Part shown: one piece after another, positions 1-8,791 of the stretch
How the letters are laid out: the number at the start of each line of letters is the position of its first letter
Numbering within the stretch: position 1 is the stretch's first letter
Position numbers and translations under genes: made by a program
Source of the DNA: Defluviitaleaceae bacterium
GTDB taxonomy: Bacteria > Bacillota_I > Bacilli_A > MOL361 > Turicibacteraceae
NCBI GenBank assembly: GCA_009778135.1
Contig: WRKJ01000106.1
Coordinates: 31,835-55,834 of the forward strand
Length of the DNA: 24,000 nucleotides
Direction: 5' to 3'
The notes under the pieces: model-generated
What the model was told of the DNA's origin: nothing
Databases searched by the model: none
What the model saw: only the letters and a program-made list of their open reading frames with translations

Positions 1-4
1 GGAC

Positions 5-487
5 ATGAAAGACATTCAAGCATTGATTGAAACATTAGACCATTCATCTATTTCTAAATTAGAATGGGTCAAAGGTGATCAAATCATTACATTAGAGAAA
101 GAAAAAAAGGAACTGCCTGTCGTCGTCGCACCAACAGTGAGTCCTGTTACAGGAGTCATTAGCGCAGGAGATGTCCCATTAGCACCAGTTGAAACACCGG
201 TACCGGTAGACGCATCCCAAAACGTTGTAAAAGCGCAAGCATTAGAAGCGACAACCCAGGTACTAGCACCGCTCGTCGGCGTTTTTTACCAAGCTTCATC
301 TCCTGAGGCGCAACCTTTTGTTGAAGTCGGACAAAGGATAAGCGAAGGGGAGACCCTTTGCATTTTAGAAGCCATGAAAGTGTTAAATGAAATTAAAGCA
401 CCAAAGTCTGGTGTCATTGTTGCCATTCATGTGAACAATGGTGATGTGGTCGAATTTGATCAGGTGCTCATGGAGATAGGTGATTAA
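5..487 (+). CDS. accB: Biotin carboxyl carrier protein of acetyl-CoA carboxylase (BCCP)
   Basis: 160 aa. The N-terminus MKDIQALIETL is typical of BCCP. A Pro/Ala/Val-rich linker is present. The C-terminal biotinyl domain has the E-A-M-K biotinylation motif (CILEAMKVLNEI). The gene sits directly upstream of accC. Confidence 0.93.
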   Translation: MKDIQALIETLDHSSISKLEWVKGDQIITLEKEKKELPVVVAPTVSPVTGVISAGDVPLAPVETPVPVDASQNVVKAQALEATTQVLAPLVGVFYQASSPEAQPFVEVGQRISEGETLCILEAMKVLNEIKAPKSGVIVAIHVNNGDVVEFDQVLMEIGD

Positions 488-488
488 C

Positions 489-1850
489 ATGTTTAAAAAG
501 ATATTAATTGCCAATCGGGGTGAGATCGCTGTTAGAATTATTCGTGCGTGTAAAGAAATGGGCATTGAAACAGTGGCTATTTATTCGACAGGAGATAAAG
601 AAGCACTCCATGTACAGTTGGCTGATGAAGCCATTTGTGTGGGACCTGCTGCTGCGGTTAAAAGCTATTTAAATATGGAAAATGTGATTTCTGCAGCTGT
701 TTTAACCAAGTCAGAAGCGATTCATCCAGGATTTGGCTTTTTGTCTGAAAATCCTAAATTCGCACGTTTGGTTACCGAATGTGGCATGGTCTTTATCGGT
801 CCTGATGCAGATGTGATCGAAGAAATGGGAAATAAATCTCGTGCACGTCAAGTGACCATTGCAGCGGGCGTCCCTGTTGTGCCAGGAAGTGAAGGCAATT
901 TAACGACTGCTGAGGAGGCAGTTGAAGTTGCAAAAACCATTGGTTATCCTGTTTTAATTAAAGCCACCAATGGCGGTGGTGGAAAAGGCATGCGCGTGGT
1001 GGAACATGAAGCAGATTTCATCAACTTGTTTAACATTGCTAAAAGTGAAGCAAAAGCAAATTTTGGTGATGACAGTGTGTATTTAGAAAAATACGTGGTA
1101 AACCCCAAACATATCGAATTTCAGTTAATGGGTGATGCTCATGGGAATTATGTTCATTTATTCGAACGAGACTGTTCCATTCAAAGAAATCATCAAAAAA
1201 TGATTGAAGAAGCACCGTGTCGTGGTTTAAGTGACAAAACGAGAGATGCCATGGCAGCTGATGTCATCAAGCTGGCACGTGCGACCAAGTATAACAACGC
1301 GGGAACGTTAGAATTCATTGTCGATAAAGACGAAAATTATTATTTTATTGAGATGAATACCCGTATTCAAGTCGAACATCCTGTGACAGAGATGATCACG
1401 GGTATTGATTTGATTAAAGAGCAAATTAAAGTCGCTGCAGGTGCGAAGTTATCGTTTACCCAAGCAGATGTTAAAGTGAATGGCTACGCCATTGAGTGCC
1501 GGATTAATGCTGAAGATCCGATGAATGGTTTCATGCCTTCTGTTGGGAGAATTGAAAATTTGATTCTTCCTGGTGGCTTTGGTGTCAGGGTTGACACGAT
1601 GATTTACCCGAATTACACCATCTCTCCTTTTTACGACTCAATGATTTTGAAATTGATTGTTCATGGGAAAAATCGCTTAGAAGCCATCAAAAAGATGCGC
1701 AGAGCCATTGAAGAGTTATTTATTGATGGGATTACGACCAATAATGAGTTTCACTATTATATGATGCATCATGTCGATTATGTGAAAGGTGATTTTGATA
1801 CCAGTTTTGTCGGCAAGTTTTTAGAAGAATTGGCAGAAGGAAAGAAGTAG
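489..1850 (+). CDS. accC: Biotin carboxylase subunit of acetyl-CoA carboxylase
   Basis: ATP-grasp biotin carboxylase hallmarks are KILIANRGEIAVRIIRA, the glycine loop GGGGKGMRVV, and EMNTRIQVEHPVTE. The ORF track starts at GTG 480. I prefer ATG 489 (MFKKILIANRGE), which has GGAGATAGG just upstream and lies 1 nt after the accB stop. Confidence 0.93.
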   Translation: MFKKILIANRGEIAVRIIRACKEMGIETVAIYSTGDKEALHVQLADEAICVGPAAAVKSYLNMENVISAAVLTKSEAIHPGFGFLSENPKFARLVTECGMVFIGPDADVIEEMGNKSRARQVTIAAGVPVVPGSEGNLTTAEEAVEVAKTIGYPVLIKATNGGGGKGMRVVEHEADFINLFNIAKSEAKANFGDDSVYLEKYVVNPKHIEFQLMGDAHGNYVHLFERDCSIQRNHQKMIEEAPCRGLSDKTRDAMAADVIKLARATKYNNAGTLEFIVDKDENYYFIEMNTRIQVEHPVTEMITGIDLIKEQIKVAAGAKLSFTQADVKVNGYAIECRINAEDPMNGFMPSVGRIENLILPGGFGVRVDTMIYPNYTISPFYDSMILKLIVHGKNRLEAIKKMRRAIEELFIDGITTNNEFHYYMMHHVDYVKGDFDTSFVGKFLEELAEGKK

Positions 1851-2009
1851 CTCGGTTTTTAAGTCGATATGCAAGGTGTAACGCTCAAACGAATCACTTT
1901 GAGCAGTATCAACACGCGCTAAAAGGGTTAAAAATTGAGGTGAAAACTTCACGCTGAAAAGGCAGTTGGGTTCTCGGTATTTCTACATTTATGGAAAGGA
2001 AGAAGTTAA

Positions 2010-2885
2010 ATGCTTGATTTTTTTAAAAACAGAAAGAAACAACTTAAAGATTTTCAAGGCGTCGTGCGGAGTCGCCAAGTGGAAGAAAAAGAAATTGATG
2101 TACCGGATGGTCTATTTGAAGTATGTCCCAAATGTGATGTACATCTTTTAAGAGAAGACTTAGCCATTGGCAGTTTCGTTTGTTCCGCATGTCAGCATCA
2201 TTTTCGAATGACAGCCAGTGCAAGGCTTGCATCGTTAATTGACACAGGGCGCTTTGAAGAAATGGATGCTGATTTAGTCAGCTTCGACCCGTTGGAAATG
2301 CCCGGCTATTCAGAAAAACTTGCACAACTACAGGCGCGTGGCTTAAAAGAAGCTGTCCGTTGTGGCATTGGAGACATTTCGGGTTTCACTTACGCCATTG
2401 CCGTCATGGATAGTCATTTTCTAATGGGAAGCATGGGCACTGTCGTGGGTGAAAAATTAGTGAACTTAATTGAACGTGCAACTGACGAACGGTTACCTTT
2501 GCTTATTTTTGCCACCTCTGGTGGCGCTCGGATGCAAGAAGGCATTTTGTCACTCATGCAAATGGCGAAAACGACAGCTGCCATTAAAAAGCATCAAGAT
2601 GCAGGGTTGTTATACATCTGTGTGTTAACATCGCCTACTTATGGTGGCGTCAGTGCTTCTTTTGCAACAGTAGCTGATATTATCATTGCAGAACCTGAAG
2701 CTTTAATTGGTTTTGCAGGTCCAAGGGTCATTAAGCAAACCATTAAACAAGTCTTGCCAAAAGGTTTTCAATCAGCAGAATTTTTACTTGAAAAAGGGTT
2801 TGTTGACATGATTGTCCCGCGCGTTGAATTGGTCAAAACCATTAGACGTCTTTCCAAGATGCATCGTGTGGGAGGTAGCAAATAA
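2010..2885 (+). CDS. accD: Acetyl-CoA carboxylase carboxyltransferase beta subunit
   Basis: N-terminal Zn-ribbon CPKCDVH...CSACQHH (C-x2-C ... C-x2-C) followed by a carboxyltransferase domain (SGGARMQEG, PTYGGVSASFA). RBS AAAGGAAG lies upstream of the ATG. Confidence 0.92.
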   Translation: MLDFFKNRKKQLKDFQGVVRSRQVEEKEIDVPDGLFEVCPKCDVHLLREDLAIGSFVCSACQHHFRMTASARLASLIDTGRFEEMDADLVSFDPLEMPGYSEKLAQLQARGLKEAVRCGIGDISGFTYAIAVMDSHFLMGSMGTVVGEKLVNLIERATDERLPLLIFATSGGARMQEGILSLMQMAKTTAAIKKHQDAGLLYICVLTSPTYGGVSASFATVADIIIAEPEALIGFAGPRVIKQTIKQVLPKGFQSAEFLLEKGFVDMIVPRVELVKTIRRLSKMHRVGGSK

Positions 2886-3823
2886 TGGATTTAAAAGAAA
2901 TTGAAAATCAAATTGAACATCTACGTAACCAGCTGGCTGGCCTTGACGAAAATGATGTCAAAATGCAAAAGTTGCGTCAAAACTTAGCGAAAGCCATCGA
3001 TGAGATGAAAGCAGAAGTTTACCAAAATTTAGATGCTTATGATAAAGTTTATTTGGCCAGACATCCAAAACGCCCCAATACTAAGTTTTATATTGAGCAA
3101 TTGTTTGACGATTTTTTAGCCTTTCATGGCGACCGTTTGTACGGAGATGATGATGCGATCATCGGAGGTGTCGCCATGCTAGGCGACTTGCCTGTGACCG
3201 TTATCGGTCATGTGAAAGGGACAACCCTTGATGAGAATGTGAAATCCAACTTTGGAATGCCGCATCCAGAAGGTTATCGAAAAGCCATCCGATTGGCTTT
3301 GCAAGCTGAGAAATTTGGTCGACCCATTGTGACGTTTGTTGACACACCGGGTGCGTATCCCGGCGTTGGGGCAGAAGAACGTGGTCAAGCTGAAGCCATT
3401 GCCCGTTGTTTGATGATATTTATGGGACTCAAAGTACCTGTCATTACTGTTGTCATTGGAGAAGGCGGCTCAGGTGGTGCACTTGCCATTAGCGGCGGTA
3501 ACCATTTGATCATGCTTGAACATAGCGTTTATTCTGTGTTATCTCCCGAAGGATTTGCAAGTATTTTATATAAAGATGCAACACGGGCCAAAGAAGCAGC
3601 AGGGATCATGAAATTAACCGCTGATGATTTGCTAGGCTTTGGTATCATTGATGAAATCATTAAAGAGCCTTTAAGCGGTGCTCACGAAGATCCAGAATGG
3701 CTCATCCCTGCTTTAAAAGAGGCTTTAACGTCGAGATTGTCTGAATTAATGAAGTTGAGTGCGGTTGAAGTGACGGAACAGCGTTATCAAAAATTTCAAA
3801 AAATGGGAGGGCTAAAAAGATGA
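2885..3823 (+). CDS. accA: Acetyl-CoA carboxylase carboxyltransferase alpha subunit
   Basis: 312 aa with DTPGAYPGVGAEERGQAEAIA and GEGGSGGALA motifs. TAATG overlap with the accD stop suggests translational coupling. Confidence 0.92.
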   Translation: MDLKEIENQIEHLRNQLAGLDENDVKMQKLRQNLAKAIDEMKAEVYQNLDAYDKVYLARHPKRPNTKFYIEQLFDDFLAFHGDRLYGDDDAIIGGVAMLGDLPVTVIGHVKGTTLDENVKSNFGMPHPEGYRKAIRLALQAEKFGRPIVTFVDTPGAYPGVGAEERGQAEAIARCLMIFMGLKVPVITVVIGEGGSGGALAISGGNHLIMLEHSVYSVLSPEGFASILYKDATRAKEAAGIMKLTADDLLGFGIIDEIIKEPLSGAHEDPEWLIPALKEALTSRLSELMKLSAVEVTEQRYQKFQKMGGLKR

Positions 3824-4782
3824 GAATTTTAGGAACAGGTTCCTATTTACCTCAGAACAAACTCTCTAATGAAGATCTTTCAAAATTAGTCGATACCAAT
3901 GATGAATGGGTTGTTTCCCGAACTGGGATTAAAAGTCGTCACCTTGTCAAAGATGAAAACACGTCTGATTTAGCGACGAAAGCAGCAAAGGCTGTTTTGG
4001 AAACGACGGGTGTGGACGTCAGAGATATCCAGTTGGTGATCGTTGCAACGTCTACCCCTGATGTTTTTATTCCGGGGGTTGCACATCAAGTTTTGAAAAA
4101 TCTTCACATTCCCAATGCCATGGCTTTTGATGTCAATGCAGCCTGTACAGGCTTTATTTATGCATTAGATGTCGCAACGAGTTTGATGCAAACACATGCA
4201 TTTAAATACGGCTTGATCATTGGTGCAGAAGCCTTCTCAAAAGTGATCGACTGGCATGATCGCAATACTTGTGTGTTATTTGGTGACGGAGCCGGCACCG
4301 TTTTACTTGAAAATCATCAAGAAAAAAATCAAATTATTTATACGTCATGCACCGCAATTCCTGATGTTGATGATGTTTTGAAATCAGGAGGCATTGCAGT
4401 TAACAACCCGTTCAATCGCCAAAAAACCGACAATTTCTTCTTAGGCATGAAAGGTCAAGAAGTCTTTAAATTTGCAGTGCGTGTCGTTTGTGAATCCGTG
4501 AATAAAGCCCTTGTTGAAACAGGAATCGACGCACAAGCGGTTGACTATTACGTGCTTCATCAAGCCAATAGTCGGATTTTAGATCATGTTGCCAAGAAAC
4601 TGAGTGTGCCGTCGGAAAAATTTTATTCGACCCTTGAAGATACAGGAAACACGTCAGCGGCAAGTATTCCCATCGTGTTAGATGTGATGGATCGGAAGCA
4701 ATTACTTAAAAAAGGCATGAAAATTGTACTCACAGGCTTTGGTGCAGGCTTAACTTACGGTACCATCCTCATTGAATGGTAG
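3820..4782 (+). CDS. fabH: 3-oxoacyl-ACP synthase III (KAS III)
   Basis: 320 aa. The Cys-His-Asn catalytic context is present: NAACTGF, HQANSRI, GNTSAASIP. ATGA overlap with the accA stop. Confidence 0.92.
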   Translation: MRILGTGSYLPQNKLSNEDLSKLVDTNDEWVVSRTGIKSRHLVKDENTSDLATKAAKAVLETTGVDVRDIQLVIVATSTPDVFIPGVAHQVLKNLHIPNAMAFDVNAACTGFIYALDVATSLMQTHAFKYGLIIGAEAFSKVIDWHDRNTCVLFGDGAGTVLLENHQEKNQIIYTSCTAIPDVDDVLKSGGIAVNNPFNRQKTDNFFLGMKGQEVFKFAVRVVCESVNKALVETGIDAQAVDYYVLHQANSRILDHVAKKLSVPSEKFYSTLEDTGNTSAASIPIVLDVMDRKQLLKKGMKIVLTGFGAGLTYGTILIEW

Positions 4783-4901
4783 ATCAATACGGACATCATT
4801 TAATAACATAATCGTGATGATAAAAACAATGCTTTTCTCATTGGTGCGCATACGACTGGTGAAAATCCCATGCACCTTTGAACTTACAGGAGGTTATTAA
4901 G

Positions 4902-5843
4902 ATGAAATTAAATGAGTTATTAGGGATTAAATATCCTTTGATTCAAGGAGCGATGGCGAATATTGCCACGGCTAAGTTTGCTGCAACAATTTCTAATGCA
5001 GGTGGACTTGGTATTTTAGGGGCTGGTGCCATGTATCCAGCAGATTTAGAAGTAGCTTTAGAAACAATTGTCACCTTAACGGACCAACCATTTGGCGTTA
5101 ACTTAATGTTGATGAATCCCCATTGTGAAGAAATGGTTCCCATTATTACAAAATATGCCGATCATATCAAAGTCGTCACCACAGGTGCAGGAAATCCAGG
5201 TCCTTTCATGTCAGCATTTAAAGAAGCAGGCATTTTAGTCGCACCTGTTGTTCCAAGTGTTGCACTGGCGAAACGGGTTGTAAAAGCTGGTGCTGATTTT
5301 GTCATTGTTGAAGGAACAGAAGCAGGCGGACATGTCGGTGAATTGACGACCATGGCATTGGTGCCACAAATTGTAGAAGCAATTGATGTTCCTGTTGTCG
5401 CTGCAGGTGGCATTGCATCTGGTAAGCAATTGTTAGCTGCTTATGCGCTTGGTGCCATTGGGGTTCAAGTTGGGACTTGCTTACTGGCAGCTGAAGAATG
5501 TGAGATTCATGACAATTACAAACAAACCCTCTTAAAAGCAAAAGATACATCGACTGTTGTGACAGGACGTTCAGTCGGTGTTCCCGTTCGTATTTATAAA
5601 AATAAGATGGCACGTGAGTACACGATGCTTGAAAAATCAGGTAAAACCCGTGAAGAATTAGAACATTTAACATTGGGTGCACTGCGTAAAGCAGTCTTTA
5701 ATGGCGACATGGACAATGGATCAGTCATGATCGGACAAGTTGCTGGGATGATCAACGAAATCAAGCCAGCAAAAGACATCCTTGAAACATTGTTTAATGA
5801 AGCTGAGCTGGAATTTGAAAAATTGCAACAACTATTAGGCTAA
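4902..5843 (+). CDS. fabK: Enoyl-ACP reductase II, FMN-dependent (FabK, nitronate monooxygenase family)
   Basis: ~313 aa TIM-barrel flavoprotein with PLIQGAMANIA...SNAGGLGILGAG, EGTEAGGHVG and AAGGIASG. Its position between fabH and fabD is the classical FabK position. The ORF track starts at TTG 4878. I prefer ATG 4902, 8 nt downstream of AGGAGG (4888-4893). Confidence 0.85.
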   Translation: MKLNELLGIKYPLIQGAMANIATAKFAATISNAGGLGILGAGAMYPADLEVALETIVTLTDQPFGVNLMLMNPHCEEMVPIITKYADHIKVVTTGAGNPGPFMSAFKEAGILVAPVVPSVALAKRVVKAGADFVIVEGTEAGGHVGELTTMALVPQIVEAIDVPVVAAGGIASGKQLLAAYALGAIGVQVGTCLLAAEECEIHDNYKQTLLKAKDTSTVVTGRSVGVPVRIYKNKMAREYTMLEKSGKTREELEHLTLGALRKAVFNGDMDNGSVMIGQVAGMINEIKPAKDILETLFNEAELEFEKLQQLLG

Positions 5844-5856
5844 GTCGGTTGTTTTA

Positions 5857-5918
5857 CACCGCTCCTATAGGAGCGGTGGCTACCTTTGGTAGCTCATATT
5901 AAGCGCAAGAACGTGCGC
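5857..5918 (+). other. Three consecutive stem-loops in the fabK / NMO-paralog intergenic region, none followed by a U-tract
   Basis: Hairpin 1 is CACCGCTCC-tata-GGAGCGGTG (5857-5878; 9-bp GC-rich stem, 4-nt loop). Hairpin 2 is GCTAC-ctttg-GTAGC (5879-5893). Hairpin 3 is GCGCA-agaacg-TGCGC (5903-5918). No T-run follows any of them, so they are not canonical intrinsic terminators. Confidence 0.5.
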
Positions 5919-5937
5919 ACATCAAGGAGTAAATAGC

Positions 5938-7032
5938 ATGGATTTATTAAAAATTAAAGACAAAGTGTTGGAAGTTCCTATTATTCAAGGGGGAATGGGT
6001 ATTGGTGTCTCCTTAGGTAATTTAGCTGGCTCTGTCATGCGTCAAGGTGCTATGGGAACCATTTCAGCAGCCAATCCCGGTTTTAAAAAAGCAAGTTTTC
6101 AAAAAAAACCATTGTTATCTAATTTAGAAGCGTTAGGTGAAGAAATTAAAAAAGCAAGAACGTTGGCAAAAGGGCAAGGGATGCTAGCCGTTAACATTAT
6201 GGTAAAAGGCACCAATTATGCAGCTTATGTGAAGCAAGCTGTTGCAAATAAAGTAGATGCCATCATTTCCGGTGCTGGGTTGCCGCTTGAACTCCCTAAA
6301 TTCGTCAAAGGGAGTCAAGTTGCCATTGCACCCATTGTCTCAAGTGGTAAAGCTGCTCAAGTAATTTGTCGCTCTTGGGAACGTAAACATGATCGATATC
6401 CTGATTTTATCGTGATTGAAGGTGCTGATGCTGGCGGACATTTGGGATTTACGAAAGAAGAACTTGAATCTGGCGACCATCAAAATTTAGCTGAAATTTT
6501 GCATGATGTGACCGAAGTCGTCAAGCCTTATATCGAAAAAGCGAAACGCGCCATTCCGATTTTTGTTGCAGGTGGCATTTATACAGGAGAAGACATTGCC
6601 AAGTATGTCAAACTTGGTGCCGCAGGTGTGCAAATGGGGACGCGTTTTATTGGCACCCATGAATGTGATGCAGATGACCAATTCAAACAACGCTTTTTAG
6701 ATGCAAAAAAGGATGATGTCATTTTAACGAAAAGTCCAGCTGGGTTACCTGGTCGTGCTTTAAAAACGTCTTTAACGACAACCCTTGAACAAGTAGAACG
6801 CGTCCCGATTAACTGGTGCATTGATTGCTTAGAACCTTGTATTCCGAAAACGACTGTTTACTGTATCAGTGAAGCGTTGATGAATGCAGCAGAGGGTAAA
6901 CTAGATGAACATGCGTTGGTTTTTACAGGCATTAATGGCCATCGTATTAATGAGCTCGTTAGTGTAAAAGAACTGGTTCACGAATTGATGCATGAATACG
7001 CTTTGAACATGGGAGGGTTGATCCATGCCTAA
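5938..7032 (+). CDS. Second nitronate-monooxygenase-family flavoprotein with a C-terminal 4-Cys motif; FabX-like dehydrogenase/isomerase candidate (alternatively a second enoyl-ACP reductase)
   Basis: 364 aa. The NMO/FabK-like core has PIIQGGMGIGVS, IEGADAGGHLG, FVAGGIYTGEDI and GVQMGTRF. There is also an extra C-terminal segment, WCIDCLEPCIPKTTVYC (C294-x2-C297-x3-C301-x7-C309; nt 6817-6864), that the upstream FabK lacks. RBS AAGGAG lies upstream. The 3' end overlaps the fabD start by 8 nt. Confidence 0.6.
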   Translation: MDLLKIKDKVLEVPIIQGGMGIGVSLGNLAGSVMRQGAMGTISAANPGFKKASFQKKPLLSNLEALGEEIKKARTLAKGQGMLAVNIMVKGTNYAAYVKQAVANKVDAIISGAGLPLELPKFVKGSQVAIAPIVSSGKAAQVICRSWERKHDRYPDFIVIEGADAGGHLGFTKEELESGDHQNLAEILHDVTEVVKPYIEKAKRAIPIFVAGGIYTGEDIAKYVKLGAAGVQMGTRFIGTHECDADDQFKQRFLDAKKDDVILTKSPAGLPGRALKTSLTTTLEQVERVPINWCIDCLEPCIPKTTVYCISEALMNAAEGKLDEHALVFTGINGHRINELVSVKELVHELMHEYALNMGGLIHA

Positions 7033-7945
7033 AATTGCTTTTTTATTTCCTGGACAAGGTGCCCAAGCAGTGGGGATGGGAAAAGAAATTTATGCGCATT
7101 TTAACGTGGCTCAAACGTTTTTTGATGCGGCCGATCAAGCGTTAGATTTTGACCTCAACGAATTGGTTTTTAATGGTCCCATTGAAACGTTATCTGAAAC
7201 AGCATACACCCAGCCAGCCTTGGTGGCAGTAGAAGTGATGTTACTCAAGGTTTTAGAAGAAAAGGGCATTAAGCCTGATGTCTTATGCGGTCTTTCTCTC
7301 GGTGAGTACAGTGCACTCGTTGCAGGTGGTGCATTAGACGGTATTGATGCTGTTAAACTCGTCCGTGCACGGGGTCAAATTATGGAAGCGGCATTACCTG
7401 CTGGTACAACATCGATGGCAGCTGTTTTGGGAATGGAAGTGGATACCTTACAAGCGTTGCTTGATTTGGCTGATGGTGTGGTCGAAATTGCCAATTACAA
7501 TACCGCTAAACAATTGGTGATTGGTGGTGAAAAATCAGCTGTGCTTGATGCCACGCGTTTAATCAAAGATGCTGGGATTAGGAAAGTGATCCCACTTAAA
7601 ACAAGTGGTGCATTTCACACCTCTCTTTTAAAAGAAGCAGGTCAACAATTGAAAACAGTGCTTGAAAAAGTTGAGTTCAAAGAATTGGTGACGCCAGTTG
7701 TCTTTAATGCAACAGCAGCGTATCAAGATCGACCACTTGTGGAATTAATGACAGCGCAGATTTCATCACCTGTTTTATTTGAAATGTCAGTGAAGAAAAT
7801 GCTCGCTGATGGGGTCGATACGTTTATTGAAGTAGGACCAGGCGCTGTTTTATCTGGCTTTTTAAAACGTATTGATCGACAGGCAACGGTGCATCATATA
7901 CATGATTTGCAAAGTCTAGAAGCAGTGCTAAAGGAGTTGGTGTAA
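7025..7945 (+). CDS. fabD: Malonyl-CoA:ACP transacylase
   Basis: 306 aa with FLFPGQGAQ, the active-site GLSLGEYSAL (GxSxG), and SGAFHTSLL. Confidence 0.93.
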   Translation: MPKIAFLFPGQGAQAVGMGKEIYAHFNVAQTFFDAADQALDFDLNELVFNGPIETLSETAYTQPALVAVEVMLLKVLEEKGIKPDVLCGLSLGEYSALVAGGALDGIDAVKLVRARGQIMEAALPAGTTSMAAVLGMEVDTLQALLDLADGVVEIANYNTAKQLVIGGEKSAVLDATRLIKDAGIRKVIPLKTSGAFHTSLLKEAGQQLKTVLEKVEFKELVTPVVFNATAAYQDRPLVELMTAQISSPVLFEMSVKKMLADGVDTFIEVGPGAVLSGFLKRIDRQATVHHIHDLQSLEAVLKELV

Positions 7946-7946
7946 A

Positions 7947-8681
7947 ATGGGAAAAACAGCAATTGTAACAGGTGCCTCTCGCGGGATCGGTCGTGCCATT
8001 GCTTTAAAACTTGCTAAAGACGGCTTTAATGTGATGATTAATTATGCAGGAAATGAAGCTTTAGCTTTGGAAGTAAAAGCTGCCTGTGAACAATTCGGCG
8101 TCCAAGCAGAAGTGTGTCAAGCGAATATGGGTCGTCAAGCAGAGATTGAAGCGTTGGTTAAAGCGACGGTTGATACTTTTGGTAGGGTGGATGTGTTAGT
8201 GAATAATGCGGGTATCACGAAAGACAACCTCATGTTGAGAATGGCAGATGCAGATTTTGATGATGTCATTGATGTGAATTTAAAAGGCGTTTTCTATTTA
8301 ACAAAGGCTGTTTCAAAGCTCATGTTTAAAAAGCGTCAAGGTAAAATTATCAACATCACGTCGGTTTCAGGTGTCACTGGAAATGTGGGACAAGCTAATT
8401 ATGCAGCGAGTAAAGCAGGTGTGATCGGTTTAACAAAGACGGTTGCCAAAGAACTTGCACCTCGTGGGATTAATGTCAATGCGGTTGCACCCGGCTTTAT
8501 ACAAACAGATATGACCGACGTTTTAGGTGAAGACTTAAAGGTTAAAATCACAGAAAATGTCCCGCTCAAACGACTGGGAACACCTGATGACATTGCGAAT
8601 ATGGTTGGCTTTTTAGTCAGTGAAGCAGCCAATTATGTAACAGGCCAAGTCTTTCATGTCGACGGCGGATTGGTGATGTAA
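7947..8681 (+). CDS. fabG: 3-oxoacyl-ACP reductase (SDR family)
   Basis: 244 aa with [12 protein letters not shown] (NADP-binding), NNAGI, and the catalytic Y-x3-K in [17 protein letters not shown] lies upstream. Confidence 0.92.
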   Translation: MGKTAIVTGASRGIGRAIALKLAKDGFNVMINYAGNEALALEVKAACEQFGVQAEVCQANMGRQAEIEALVKATVDTFGRVDVLVNNAGITKDNLMLRMADADFDDVIDVNLKGVFYLTKAVSKLMFKKRQGKIINITSVSGVTGNVGQANYAASKAGVIGLTKTVAKELAPRGINVNAVAPGFIQTDMTDVLGEDLKVKITENVPLKRLGTPDDIANMVGFLVSEAANYVTGQVFHVDGGLVM

Positions 8682-8791
8682 AATGAACACGTCTCACATC
8701 ATCTCTAATGGGAACATGATCTGAACGTGATAGGCATGCTTTTATCTCGTTTTTGAAACAACAAGCAAAAATAATTAAGGAGGACATTTGA

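Noticed and set aside
1883-1904. A hairpin, GCTCAAA-N8-TTTGAGC, in the 160-nt accC-accD spacer. It was considered as a terminator or riboswitch.
   Set aside because: The stem is only 7 bp and no U-tract follows. The spacer is too short and unstructured for a known riboswitch class. It may modulate mRNA stability, but the evidence is thin.
1966-2151. A 61-aa ORF overlapping the accD start. In-frame-shifted internal ORFs at 12446-12682 and 21363-21608 were considered with it.
   Set aside because: These are alternative frames of well-supported genes (accD, the FtsX permease, folC). They have no independent start signals.
4783-4901. A search for FapR- or FabT-type palindromic operators in the fabH-fabK spacer and other intra-operon gaps.
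   Set aside because: Only short imperfect complementarity was found (for example ACATCAT...GTGATGA). Nothing resembles the FabT (AGTTTGAC-N-GTCAAACT-like) or FapR inverted repeats as I remember them.
8682-8791. The fabG-fabF spacer, considered as a degraded acpP remnant.
   Set aside because: It is 110 nt with stops in all frames, and no trace of the ACP DSLD/helix II motif appears in any frame that I translated by eye.
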